DNA of 64,000 nt from a virus (lineage: Duplodnaviria; Caudoviricetes), in IMG/VR virus record IMGVR_UViG_2595698668_000001, positions 167,744-231,743 of that record; one strand, written 5' to 3'. The position numbers and the translations under genes were made by a program. How positions within the stretch are numbered: position 1 is the stretch's first letter; every line of letters starts with the position of its first letter. Below the pieces are notes generated by a model. That model was not told the DNA's origin. It ran no database searches and saw only the letters and a program-made list of their open reading frames with translations. This document shows positions 44,419-55,500 of the stretch, piece by piece.

Positions 44419-47055
44419 TCAATAATATCCTTATGAAATTCACCAATAACTTTTTCTGGTGAATGACCCAACACAACCATATTGACTGGATGGGAAATGG
44501 TATGGACACCGCTAACAAAATAAAATTTAACTACGTTTGTTTCTGCAATACCACGAGATTCGTCAAGGGTTACGAAATCATACATCCAATCGTTGAATCC
44601 GCGATATTTTGCATTGTTCAAAATAATTTCAGCAGCAAGCCCGAAAGACCGAGCTTTATCCTTCAATTCTTTAACTGTCATATTTAACACCGACACGGAA
44701 TAAAAAGAAAACTCTCTTTTTGGTTAATAAAAACGGTTCCATCATTGATATAGATTGGATTTTTCTTTTCCTTATCTTCAATATCACAAACCGCGATTAC
44801 GTTTTCATCATCGTCGATATGAAATACAATGAATCCATTCTTGAGAATTTCATAATTATAAAAATTACGTTCGCAACTGGTACGATATTCTTGAGCCGCT
44901 TCGGCAGACCGAAAACGGTAAATGGTATCAAAGTTCATACGTGGGTATTGATCATTTGGATACACTGAATGTCACCTTACCATTTTTAATGGAAATTTTG
45001 ATTTCCATATCTTGAGAAAGTTTACCTTGTGTGTTAACTAGATTGAAAATTGCTTGATCTAATGGTGCTAATTGGCAATTACCAATTTTTAGGTTTCCGG
45101 TAATATTAAGACCTTCATCGTTTTTCTTCAACGGTTTAGTTACATCCCCAAAAGGGGCGGGCTTGATCTCCCCGAACTTAGAAACTACTGGTGTTTTATT
45201 GAGAATAATTTCATTACAGACCCCACCCATTAGTTCATCATCACTAATCTGACGAGGTTTTGGGAGATCTTCAAGCTCAACCTCTTTATCCAGTGTAAAA
45301 TATTTATCAAATTCGTCACGTTCAATGGTATTGAATTCGTCTACCTTCAATACACCATTAACAATAAAACGACTAATGTAACCATCGCTATTAAGCCGGG
45401 TCAAGCTGTCTTGGTTAACTGTCAGACTATAATCAACCAGATAATTAGAAACAATCCAATCATTAATTTTGGCGAGACCGATAAACTCTTTCCGGTCTTT
45501 TGGAGTTTTGAATTTATAAACAAATGCTTTCATTATTTTTCCTTTTATTAGTCCATGTAAGAGCTGCGATATGCAACTTTTTCACCTACCACATCATTAA
45601 TTTCGTCACAAATAATCTGCATGATTTCCTCTTTGTAAGTCAACGACTGATGACCACAATATGGGATCTTGAATTTTGGTTCCAAGAAAGATTCTTTCCC
45701 TGATTTATACGCAATGTCAAACCCAAGACCCAAAACAAGGTCTTTTACTTTTTTCTTTCTTCCAAATTCAACATACACAGAGGAAAATCCACAACAGTCC
45801 CAATCGTGGGGATGACGCTCAAGATAATCCTGATGATATTCATTGATTTTCTCGATTACTTTTCCAACAAAAGAAACATCATATCCAGATTCCGGTTGTA
45901 GTACTGCCGGAAGTGGTTTCTTCTCTTCCTTGTCAATACAAATCAGTTCATTTTCTTCGTATGCACTGATAGTACCATTGGGCCAAGTAACCTCAACCCA
46001 AACCTCCGGATTGTAGTATGATACTACACCAACGACACCAATCAAGTGACGCTGACCATCGTCGTTCATCACATTAGAATTGATCTGAACATTGCTACCT
46101 TCTTTCATAGTAATTTCCCCTTTGTTGTTTACGAGATAGAGAATACCAGATTGTGGTTTGTTATGTCAAACACTTTATTACATTAGTTTCAGTTTCAGTG
46201 ACTTTAGTTGGTCTCGGTCGTTTCGGTTGATGAAATATGATTTACCATTGTAATCGGTTGCAAGTGCGGACCCATCTTGACCAATAAACGAAACGGAAAT
46301 ATCTTTTGGTTTTTTGTTTCGACGAAGACCAATAGTGAGAAGGTCACCAACTTCCAGTTCCAGAAACTCAGTTACTTTCTCTTTCTTGGTTGTAAACAGA
46401 TCACCGTTCAGGGTCATTCCAAACATAGACACATCAGTTACATAGGTAACAGTACCACCAGAATGATACTCGGTAACACGAACACCGCCAGCCAGATTAA
46501 ACTGGTCTAAAATAATAGTAATCCCTGTATTACACGCAATAAGTTGCGACACTACCCCATTCTTTTTGCTAATAACGGAAACGACTAGTAGTTTCGATTT
46601 ATAGTTGAATCCGCTACCCTCTTCAACCATAACCCCCGAAACGTCTTTCATTACTTGTTTTTCTACATAAAGTTTTTTCATTACATACCCCATTCTTTTT
46701 CAATTACATCGTTGCAAAAATCAACTGAATTTTCGAAATCATACATTTTGTTCATCAAATCACCAAATTTGGATTTGATAAGTTGTTCCGCCGCTTCTCG
46801 TACCCGTTGATCAAACGCCTCAACGTTGTATTGTTTTTTGATCCGGTTTTCCATCACTTCATACTGGTACTTCATGAAGTTTTCGTAAGACTCAACATGT
46901 TCAATCTCAACACCATTTATCAAAATAGTTAGCTTGAACGGTTCATCCTTGATATCGTTTTTTCGAGTGTCGCGAATTTTTTCCAAAATTTCGTCTGATT
47001 GGTCAAGAAAAAGATGGTTCACAACGAGGTTAGCTTCATCAAGTCCAAATTTCAT
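44415..47055 (-). other. Run of six early hypothetical ORFs (44415-44696, 44684-44965, 44952-45533, 45548-46108, 46178-46693, 46681-47055)
   Basis: Tightly packed minus-strand ORFs with RBSs; no recognisable family. Confidence 0.7.
46140..46169 (-). promoter_or_regulatory. sigma70-type early promoter
   Basis: TTGACA ... TGG-TATTCT upstream of ORF 45548-46108. Confidence 0.5.
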
Positions 47056-47067
47056 AATAATTTCCTC

Positions 47068-47406
47068 TTAATCACTGAGTTTACCGAATGGGATTTGTTC
47101 AACAAAAGCCCAAGCGGCATGATAAACGGTAGCACCGGGGGTTTCGCTCATAAATACAGTGTCAACTGGGGCCACAACACGAAACAAAGTTGGCTCTCCG
47201 CCAATCGAGCGAGCCGCCCGTCGTGCATATACTTTAGCCAGCCCACGGTCTTTAGTAAAGAACACACGATCTAGGTTTTTCTTACGACCTTTCTCTGAAA
47301 TTGTATCAGTCATCTCAGGAGGAAGCAACATATTACCTTTCAAACCAAGAGTACAGGAACCGTGATAGAACTCAACATAATCTGGTTTGCAGTGAATAGT
47401 TGTCAT
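47068..47406 (-). CDS. Small ADP-ribosyltransferase-fold protein (Arr-like)
   Basis: FYHGS...LLPP...VFFT...A.VYA...LFRV motif order. Confidence 0.65.
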   Translation of the reverse strand: MTTIHCKPDYVEFYHGSCTLGLKGNMLLPPEMTDTISEKGRKKNLDRVFFTKDRGLAKVYARRAARSIGGEPTLFRVVAPVDTVFMSETPGATVYHAAWAFVEQIPFGKLSD

Positions 47407-47446
47407 ATCTTCTCTCCATCAACGTTATGACCCATATTCTACACTT

Positions 47447-47803
47447 TCATCGTTTGGTGTCAACATGTTTTTTGGAAATAAAATTTATTACCCCATCATC
47501 TGGACGCTCAAACAACCAAATGCAGTTTAGATATCCAGAAGAACGTGGATCCTCTGGATCAATGCGCCCAACTGGGATTTCACTATCATATCCAAACTTA
47601 CCATCACCACATACATAGAACCCACAATGGATACTATAGACGATCCCAACGTCAATACAAGATTCCGACCAGAGTTCTACGAGTCCATCGTTATTAACTG
47701 TAATTGCGAATTTGTCGTATTTGTGTTCGTTTACTGGGAGTTGAAGGAACAAATTATCAATTACGACAGAAATGTGGAAACTCTTAAAAATTGGCGCATA
47801 CAT
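47447..47803 (-). CDS. Hypothetical protein
   Basis: ORF after asiA; probable start MYAPIF. Confidence 0.55.
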   Translation of the reverse strand: MYAPIFKSFHISVVIDNLFLQLPVNEHKYDKFAITVNNDGLVELWSESCIDVGIVYSIHCGFYVCGDGKFGYDSEIPVGRIDPEDPRSSGYLNCIWLFERPDDGVINFISKKHVDTKR

Positions 47804-47869
47804 TTTTAGTACCCCTAAATATAAATGAATAATATAAGCTATAACTTGACTGATAGTAACCAAGAGGTT

Positions 47870-48142
47870 TTATTCGTCAACCATACAGTTTATCAAATGG
47901 TCAATTCTACCAGCATCAAATTCTTTTATAATCTCTTTTTTCTGATATTGGGTTAGACTACTTACCATAACTCTGAAATTGAAAATCGTTAGTGGTTTAC
48001 CTCGCACGGTAGTAAACCCTAGTTCATTTAGAAAATCTACAAACCCAGATTGAGTATCTAGAATGTCATCACAGCCATATTTTGCTAGGATAGATGCGGT
48101 AGCTACAATATCTTTCATCAATTCAACTTTTGTAATTTTCAT
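47870..48142 (-). CDS. asiA: Anti-sigma70 factor AsiA
   Basis: 90 aa; DIVATASILAKY..DDIL...F..FLNELG...LT...EFD.G aligns with T4 AsiA. Confidence 0.9.
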   Translation of the reverse strand: MKITKVELMKDIVATASILAKYGCDDILDTQSGFVDFLNELGFTTVRGKPLTIFNFRVMVSSLTQYQKKEIIKEFDAGRIDHLINCMVDE

Positions 48143-48387
48143 ATTTTATAATCTTTATCTCTTAGGATCACATCAGTTCGATTTCGAACATCACCAATAA
48201 ATCTTGCAGTACTACCACATGGAAAAATAATAATACTTACTTCATACCCAAACGCATCTTTTTGGATAGATAGCTTGACCGTTTCCATGGAATGGTCTTT
48301 GAGGTTGATATGGGTAGGTTTTCCATCTTTTGTAAGACCAGACACTACCCCACCACCAAATAATGTCATATCAATCATAATCACCAA
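48139..48387 (-). CDS. Hypothetical protein
   Basis: ORF overlapping the asiA start. Confidence 0.55.
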   Translation of the reverse strand: MVIMIDMTLFGGGVVSGLTKDGKPTHINLKDHSMETVKLSIQKDAFGYEVSIIIFPCGSTARFIGDVRNRTDVILRDKDYKI

Positions 48388-48491
48388 CCCTCTGATTTCT
48401 TATGCTTTTTTCCACGAATTTTCTTGGAATTCTCTTTCTTGTCCTTCATAACAGAAGGACGATTGAAATTATGTTTAGCTACTGGATTCAT
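48381..48491 (-). CDS. Small basic Arn.1-like protein (36 aa)
   Basis: MNPVAKHNFNRPSVMKDKK...KHK resembles T4 arn.1; syntenic; below the ORF cutoff. Confidence 0.65.
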   Translation of the reverse strand: MNPVAKHNFNRPSVMKDKKENSKKIRGKKHKKSEGW

Positions 48492-48575
48492 TTTCTATTC
48501 CTTATGTTATGAAAGAGGGGGCGAACCCCCTTGATGTGGTTATAGTCTCATAACCAATACATGTTTGCAAGTGGT

Positions 48576-49025
48576 TTATACTGGGAGAATCCAGAAAAGA
48601 CCGCAGAAGAATCCAGAAACGGCAGCAATAAGAGCCAAAAGAGCCACTACCGTGATTACATTGATTCGTTTGTTTGCGGCTTCTCGTTCATCGTCGGTCA
48701 TTGCTTCCCACTTTCGAATTGACTCTTCGAGGTCTTTAACCCCATCAATACCGCTCTCTATGTAGATCAGTGTCATAGGGTTAGCATATGCCTTACCAAG
48801 ATAGCCGACGCGCTCTTTGGCATAAGATATCATGGTCAGATACTGGAACATCACCATCACGATAGCGCCAACAATAATAGGGCCATACATAGTGGATGCA
48901 GGGATTGATGCAAGGGCTGCTGCCATGAAGAACAGGCCCCAAGTAACAATCGCATTCGACTTGACCCGCTGGGTTTCTTCATGAATGCGTTGTTTTACTT
49001 TTGTTACACGAGTTTCAATAGACAT
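48576..49025 (-). CDS. Membrane protein
   Basis: Three hydrophobic segments. Confidence 0.7.
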   Translation of the reverse strand: MSIETRVTKVKQRIHEETQRVKSNAIVTWGLFFMAAALASIPASTMYGPIIVGAIVMVMFQYLTMISYAKERVGYLGKAYANPMTLIYIESGIDGVKDLEESIRKWEAMTDDEREAANKRINVITVVALLALIAAVSGFFCGLFWILPV

Positions 49026-49052
49026 TTTATTTTCCTTTTTACAAAACTATAT

Positions 49053-49481
49053 TTAGAGGAACAACCAAGAGGATATCATTACAGGAACACCAAATAAACC
49101 AAGATAAAATACAAAAACACCAACATATATTACTAATCCAGCTATAGTAATTCTCAGATTAAAGTTTGATGTATTTTTATAAATATGAATGTATTTCCCA
49201 ACGTTATTATCACAAAGGGAATAAAGCATACACATAGATAGAGGATGTTTGAACTCTTTGCCGTAATCTGGGCGGTTAATCCAGTTAACCGTCATAATCA
49301 CAATATCAAAGAGAACATAAAACATGGCACATAATAGTACATATAGATTGACTTCCGGTACAAATCCACAACCAACAAGTACACTCGCTACCAATGCACC
49401 CATACAAGACGGAATAAGCATAGGTAACATCGCATTTGTTTCTGTTTCTGCCTGCTTCTTAATGTTTATTTCTATAGACAT
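49053..49481 (-). CDS. Membrane protein
   Basis: Three hydrophobic segments with the same layout as its neighbour. Confidence 0.7.
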   Translation of the reverse strand: MSIEINIKKQAETETNAMLPMLIPSCMGALVASVLVGCGFVPEVNLYVLLCAMFYVLFDIVIMTVNWINRPDYGKEFKHPLSMCMLYSLCDNNVGKYIHIYKNTSNFNLRITIAGLVIYVGVFVFYLGLFGVPVMISSWLFL

Positions 49482-49484
49482 TTA

Positions 49485-50828
49485 TCAATTACCCTTCAAT
49501 TTATTTTTCAAAGTAGTCAAATCTTTCAGATATTCTTTTTTGGAGTTTGTACTTTTCCAATAAGCTAGATCTTTTTCTGCTTGTTCGTATTCTTTAACCA
49601 GTTTTTCTACTTCGTCTTCTGTCATGTTAAAGATTGGAAGACCAACCACCTTATCAGCATAAACCGCAAGATCTGGTTCCAGAAGGGTTTTGACTTGTTG
49701 GATCATAGATTTCTTCGGTTGATTGTAACCGATTTTTCCATCACGAGCCAGACGAATAAATTCTGCCTTCGCTTTAAGTTCTGGAATCAAATCGGTTAGA
49801 TTTTTGATCATATTTTCAATACGACGATCAACGACCGTCATGCGATAATCGACAAATTCGCACACAAGTTGACTAGTATTGTCGTATTTTCGCAGATCCA
49901 TATCCTCTGTAACCATGTTGGAGTTTGGACCAATCACGTTGATATTCTGATAGATATTCTCAGACAGAGAGAACTGTTTCATGATATTTTCATGAGAAGT
50001 ATCAAAATCACGTTTCAAAGTGACTCGGAATGTAAAATCACCTTCACCCTCAATCTCATCATAACTAACAATCTGATCTTTTTCAATAAGATTATTCAAA
50101 ATAGCCACATATTTGATTCGATTAAAACTAACTGGAATCTCTGTGATCAGAAGCTTGGTTTTACCTTGAAGTTCGTAAACCCCTTCGTTTGTCCATTGTT
50201 CTCCGGTAGTGTTAACCTTCCCAATAAAAGACGGAAACTTGATTTTTGGTTCGTTACACTTCCCGGTCTTCACATAAGAAATACATTCATCAATAACGCT
50301 GTGGATGTCATGTGGTAGGATATGAGTCGCGTAACCGGTTGCAACACCACGAACCCCATTGATCAGCACAAACGGAATGACAGGGAGATAAAATTTTGGA
50401 ATAGAATAAGAATCAATCTCGCTAGGGAGAACCAAATCCAGATCTTTAAATAGTAGGTCAAAATTATCATCCAGTTTACCAAATATATAACGTGGTTCTG
50501 CTGCTGCTGGGTTCTGTCGTGAACCAAAGTTACCACGACCCTTGATAACTGGGAAGTTGTTTGCATATTGTGTCGCCATACCCGCTAGAACATCATACCC
50601 GCTTGCTTCACCATGGGGATACCCGTAGTCAGAGATAACACCACAAAGGAATGCAGATTTCTTGAAGTCCTTACTTGCGTTTTTTATTGTGGAGTACAAA
50701 ACAAAACGTTGGGATGGTTTGAACCCATCTATCATAGAAGGCAATGCACGGTTTACGATGGTGTAAAATGTATATTCTTTTGCTTCGTTATGAATATAAC
50801 TTGAAATAGTACGATCTACGAATTTCAT
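49485..50828 (-). CDS. 52: DNA topoisomerase II medium subunit gp52
   Basis: RALPSMIDGFKPSQR, GYPHGE, GNFGSR, PRY active site, GVATGYAT. Confidence 0.96.
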   Translation of the reverse strand: MKFVDRTISSYIHNEAKEYTFYTIVNRALPSMIDGFKPSQRFVLYSTIKNASKDFKKSAFLCGVISDYGYPHGEASGYDVLAGMATQYANNFPVIKGRGNFGSRQNPAAAEPRYIFGKLDDNFDLLFKDLDLVLPSEIDSYSIPKFYLPVIPFVLINGVRGVATGYATHILPHDIHSVIDECISYVKTGKCNEPKIKFPSFIGKVNTTGEQWTNEGVYELQGKTKLLITEIPVSFNRIKYVAILNNLIEKDQIVSYDEIEGEGDFTFRVTLKRDFDTSHENIMKQFSLSENIYQNINVIGPNSNMVTEDMDLRKYDNTSQLVCEFVDYRMTVVDRRIENMIKNLTDLIPELKAKAEFIRLARDGKIGYNQPKKSMIQQVKTLLEPDLAVYADKVVGLPIFNMTEDEVEKLVKEYEQAEKDLAYWKSTNSKKEYLKDLTTLKNKLKGN

Positions 50829-50912
50829 ATCATTCCTTATTTTTAATTTATTTTATGTATTATACCACACATGAATACAAACTGTAAAGCCCATCAAAAG
50901 ACGGGCTTTGTT

Positions 50913-51317
50913 CTAGCTTACCATTCGACCATGGATGATAAATTTGTTTCGGATCTTTCCAGTCAACTCATGACCATTATTCATCTGTCCGTACTCTTCG
51001 ATCCCAAGAAGATGGCGAGCTTGGCTATATTTAAGGAAGTAGAGTTTTACGGTTTTTCCTGTCATCAGGTAATCATGAACATCTTTAGCCTGTCCGGTGC
51101 GGGGTTTTCGAAGTCGGATCATGGTTTCACCAAAACCACGTTTTCGCTGTTGATTTCCAACATGTGTCATATAAACAACAGAACTAGCAGGGGCAGATAT
51201 GAAGTAAAACCCTTCTTTTGTTACGTCGCCAGTTTCGTTAAGGTTGATACCATTAAAGTTACCAACAACAACTGCACCAGACTTGACAAGCTCCTTTGTA
51301 GTTAAATTCTTTTTCAT
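50913..51317 (-). CDS. ndd: Nucleoid disruption protein Ndd
   Basis: LT.KEL...GA.VV, GFYF, VG.Q.RK.GF as in T4 Ndd; adjacent to gene 52. Confidence 0.75.
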   Translation of the reverse strand: MKKNLTTKELVKSGAVVVGNFNGINLNETGDVTKEGFYFISAPASSVVYMTHVGNQQRKRGFGETMIRLRKPRTGQAKDVHDYLMTGKTVKLYFLKYSQARHLLGIEEYGQMNNGHELTGKIRNKFIIHGRMVS

Positions 51318-51318
51318 A

Positions 51319-51967
51319 TCAATCCTCTATCATTTCAATGTGTTCAAATGAACCAAACGCTTTAAACTTTGGGTGGTCAATTCGCTCGAAGTTAACAACG
51401 ATTGAAGTACCACATCCATACATACGAAAAGGCATAGACCAGTGAGTAAAATGTTTCGCAAAAGTTGCAAAATAAGGGCCTCGACAATGCTCTATAAATG
51501 CCTGCTTACTTTTAAATCTATAAGTTTTCATTGCATCGACATATTAAAAATTAAAAACAAGACAATACCAAGACCCAGTATTTTAATAAACCATCCAGTT
51601 GGAGTGACCATCATTGATTCTGGATGATACATTTCTTCTGGTATATCTCTTTCATTGCCACGACGATCATGGGTATCCATCGACCTAGGGCCTTCATCCT
51701 CATCATATGGTTGATATCTCATTCGCCTACCCGAAAAAATTTTCCATCTCGAACCAGTACATGATTCAAATTATAGATGATAAACCCTTTAGTTTCATAT
51801 GGGGTAACAACACGATATTCAACGTCTTTGGAATCGTGGTTTACATGAAAGGAATACACCCAGTCTTTAACCTTTAGTTGGAGACTGGTATAACCAGACA
51901 CAAACGGCATTACTTCCTTATAGCCTTCACTTTTCTTAATGTTTACGAAACTCTCGATAGAAACCAT
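51319..51967 (-). other. Three small early ORFs (51319-51531, 51528-51722, 51719-51967)
   Basis: ATGA-overlapping ORFs. Confidence 0.6.
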
Positions 51968-51988
51968 GATTAAACCTCTTGTAGGGTG

Positions 51989-52052
51989 CCTAGAATCAAT
52001 TCCTGCGAAGAATACATAACATTGTATGAGATAACAAGGAATTGATTCTAGG
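51989..52052. repeat. 16-bp perfect inverted repeat
   Basis: CCTAGAATCAATTCCT ... AGGAATTGATTCTAGG. Confidence 0.85.
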
Positions 52053-52059
52053 AAGATTG

Positions 52060-52154
52060 GTGAGCTTTAGCGAACCGGCTACGCCGTACTCGTTTCACTC
52101 GTTCTAATTATAGATCTTCTATATAAATACTTATAGGGGATCTATAATTTGATT
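52060..52154. repeat. Origin-like dispersed repeat, copy 2
   Basis: Homologous to 22121-22220. Confidence 0.8.
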
Positions 52155-52571
52155 TCATTTGATATTAAGTACTTTTTTAACAAGGTTACCATCAAACAAA
52201 AGACCTTTAGTCGCCGCAGCTTTCTTACATGCGCCCATCACCTGACCAATGGTAGAACCATCCACTAGTTTATTGAGTACTTCTTTGATTTCGTCTTCTC
52301 CGAATACTTGGGGGAGATATGAAGTATAAAGAGCCCTTTCTTTTAGAAGTAGTTCTGTTGGTCCAACCTCTTTGATAGTATCATCAATGTTCTTTACAAA
52401 CTTACTTACAACGGCTTGTACTTGTTCGTCGGTTACTGTTTCGTTACCGGCTGGGCTCGCTTCACCGAGAAGAGTGGTGAGAGCCTTGATATGCATCTGT
52501 CCTACTTCGGTAGAACGAGAGAACGATTTACGGGCTTTAATTTGGTCTTTCTTAATTTGTTCAAGTAGCAT
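52155..52571 (-). CDS. GatB/YqeY-domain protein
   Basis: LLEQIKKDQIKARK, LTTLLGE, VTDE.V, E..LY.SYLPQ, IGQVMG. Confidence 0.85.
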   Translation of the reverse strand: MLLEQIKKDQIKARKSFSRSTEVGQMHIKALTTLLGEASPAGNETVTDEQVQAVVSKFVKNIDDTIKEVGPTELLLKERALYTSYLPQVFGEDEIKEVLNKLVDGSTIGQVMGACKKAAATKGLLFDGNLVKKVLNIK

Positions 52572-55500
52572 TTAATACACCTTTCATATATTGGATAGTT
52601 GATTTGAGGGTTTCCAGATCTTCTTTGCAAGAGTTGTTTTCAACCCAAGCAATAAACGCCATAACTTCTTGAGCTTCCATAACGTTTAGAGATTTCTGAT
52701 GCATCATACGATTATAAACAGCTTCGATTGCATACTGGGAAGGGTCTTCAATACAAACCCACTCTTGATAACGCGGATAAAGTTCATAAAACTCATGCAT
52801 GTTCAGACGAATAATCATGGTAAACCCCTTTGTTTTGTACTTTTAAATTAAAATACTATGTTGTTAATGTCAATCTTTTATCGGATGGAAATGAAGCCAT
52901 ACACACCAGAGGAAGAACCAACAGACATTGCTTCCTTCCAGTTGTCGATGTGACCACGGACATACTTAGAAGCACCTTTCCAGCCATTTCCTTTGTGAAT
53001 ATCACCGGTTTCCATGTTTACAAACCAAACCATCGACCCGGTAGTTTCTTCTCTCCCATAATCGTGCATCACGATTCGAGCAAACTTACGGCCTGTTTGA
53101 TAAGAGTAAGAACGACGGTTGAGATTTGCAGAGATAAAAGATTCTACATGTTCTTCACTATAACGAGCCCGCATTTCGGGGAGAACACGATTGAACCAGT
53201 TATCCTCTGAAAAGGCATTCATTTCAGCAACCATAGTTTCGATTTTGTTCAACATAGTTATTCTCCTAATTGGTGTCTCGTCTCAACAGGGATAGTATCT
53301 CATAACAGTGTTATTCGATCAAGTACTTTTCTACAAAAGTTTTAGCCAATTTTAGTTCGGAAACGATTACATCAAAGTATGCTTGTCGCACATCCACATC
53401 TTGAACATTAAAAAATTCGTTTTCTGTTGCGATCTGATACTTATTGAAAACTTCACTTGCCCGCACTAAAGCCTGAAAAGAGAATGTGTGGTGTTCGAAA
53501 TAAGGACCACCATTCAAAGAGAACATTGCCACACTAATACAATCATTAGTACCTTTAAACAGAGATTCGTTTTCGAAAATACCTATTGCACTATTGATAT
53601 CATTGATAATTTTCTTTTTCATATCAAACCTCGTAATCCAGAACATCTTGAAAATCAAAGGATTCAACACCGCCACCGGACACTTTGTCATAGTAGCAAT
53701 GCACATCACCTTCGAAATCTTCGTCGTAATAGCTTTCATATACCATTTCAACACCAGATTTCAGAACAACAACGATCTTGTCCTCAAATTGAGTCAAATC
53801 GATATGCTTGAAACCTTTGACATCATGCAGAGCAGCCAATACGTTATCCATCTTAATCTCCTTTGGGAACCATTTCCCGACAAAGCTAGTGTCTCATAGG
53901 CCGAAACCTAGGTCAACTACTTTTTAAGTTATTTTTCCAAATTAATGTAAGCGGCACGAAGATTAGCCACAACCAGATCCATGTAAATGCGAAACACTTC
54001 GGTAATTTCTCCGTCGTGGGCAGCGCACTCATCGTGACAGTTTACAAACTCAATCAACGCACGTTCTACATAGTCACGAGAAGGACACGGACCAATAGCA
54101 ATCATGAGATCCTGCATATCTGTGGCAGTCTGTACGAAAGTAAAGTTGGAACTCGTTCCTGTAACCACTTTGGCATTAACCATTACCAGAGTGGATTGAA
54201 TGTCCATGATGGATTCACGAAGGCTTTGCATAGTGATGTGAGTCATAGTGTGTTCCTCTTATTTGACGATGGTGAAACCAGATTGTACCAGACTTTCCAC
54301 TTGACCAGCACCAACACGACCAACGGTGTTCATTGAAAAGTCTGGACTGTGAGTGATCCCCTGAGATTCGAGATAATCTAATACGGTGATATATGCAACT
54401 TTCAAGCTTACTGCTTCCACTAAGAAATCTTTCATATTGGTAGAACCCAGAACCTTGATAGACACAGCGTAATTGAACTTTTTCATTTCTCTCTCCTTAA
54501 GGGGAACACTCCCCGTTTCGACAAGACCTATATTATCAGAATACGACTAGATGTCAACGCTCTAATTGCGATTGTTTGCAAATATTTTTATATCGTGCTT
54601 CTAAGCAATCCAACCAGTGACGATGCACAGGATCCGGATTCTTTTCCAGATGTTCTGTCAACATATCGATCATTAGCTGGAAATTATCAATCAGATATGC
54701 TTGGTCGTCAAACTCTAGTGGGATGAATGTAACCCCTTGATTCCACGAATATTTTTTCATACAAATACATCTTCCATAGTGAAGTTGATAGAGCCTAACG
54801 CTTCTTTGAGGATATCAACCGTTTTGTATACTGCTGGGATTGTCTGATAGTCCTCCAAACCCCGATGACGATACAGATGGTGGCGGATCATCATATCAAT
54901 GACGCTACTGGTAATCGTCTTGATATCACTGGGGTATTTGCTGCCGATATACCGTTTGTATTCCTTGATGAACCATTCTTGAGAACGAAATTTAGTTCGT
55001 TTCAGAAATTCCGTGGGGATCGTGATACTCATTTCTGAGGTAATCCACACCTTGGTATATTCGCGACCTACAATATATTCCTTTTCTTCACGAACAAACG
55101 CTTTATAAACGGTATCTCCAATAGAAGAGTTAGGTTCAAATTCCCAATGAGAGATAACACCATCATTGTTTATCTCGATTGTACCAGCTTTGTGGTCAAC
55201 AGTACAATCATCAGGATTGTACCTAATTGCATCTTTGAATTCGCCACTTTCGCCGACCCAAACAACCCATTGACTCATGAATGTACCGTAGTGGCAGTAA
55301 CCAATTTTCATCATTAACCCTCGATTTTGAACTCGTTGTAACCGATAAGAGATACCTTACGTTCTTTCTTATGGTACACCAGTTGGCGAATTACATCAAC
55401 TTCTTTAACGTGATTTCGAATATAGTTGTCAAGATCCATCATGGAGTAACCTGAAATTCTAACCCCGTTTATAACTCGGTCTGATGGCATCGATACGGTA

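Noticed and set aside
37980-50828. Introns, inteins or homing endonucleases in tk, e or gene 52
   Set aside because: Genes are uninterrupted and of normal length; no GIY-YIG, HNH or LAGLIDADG ORF recognised in the window
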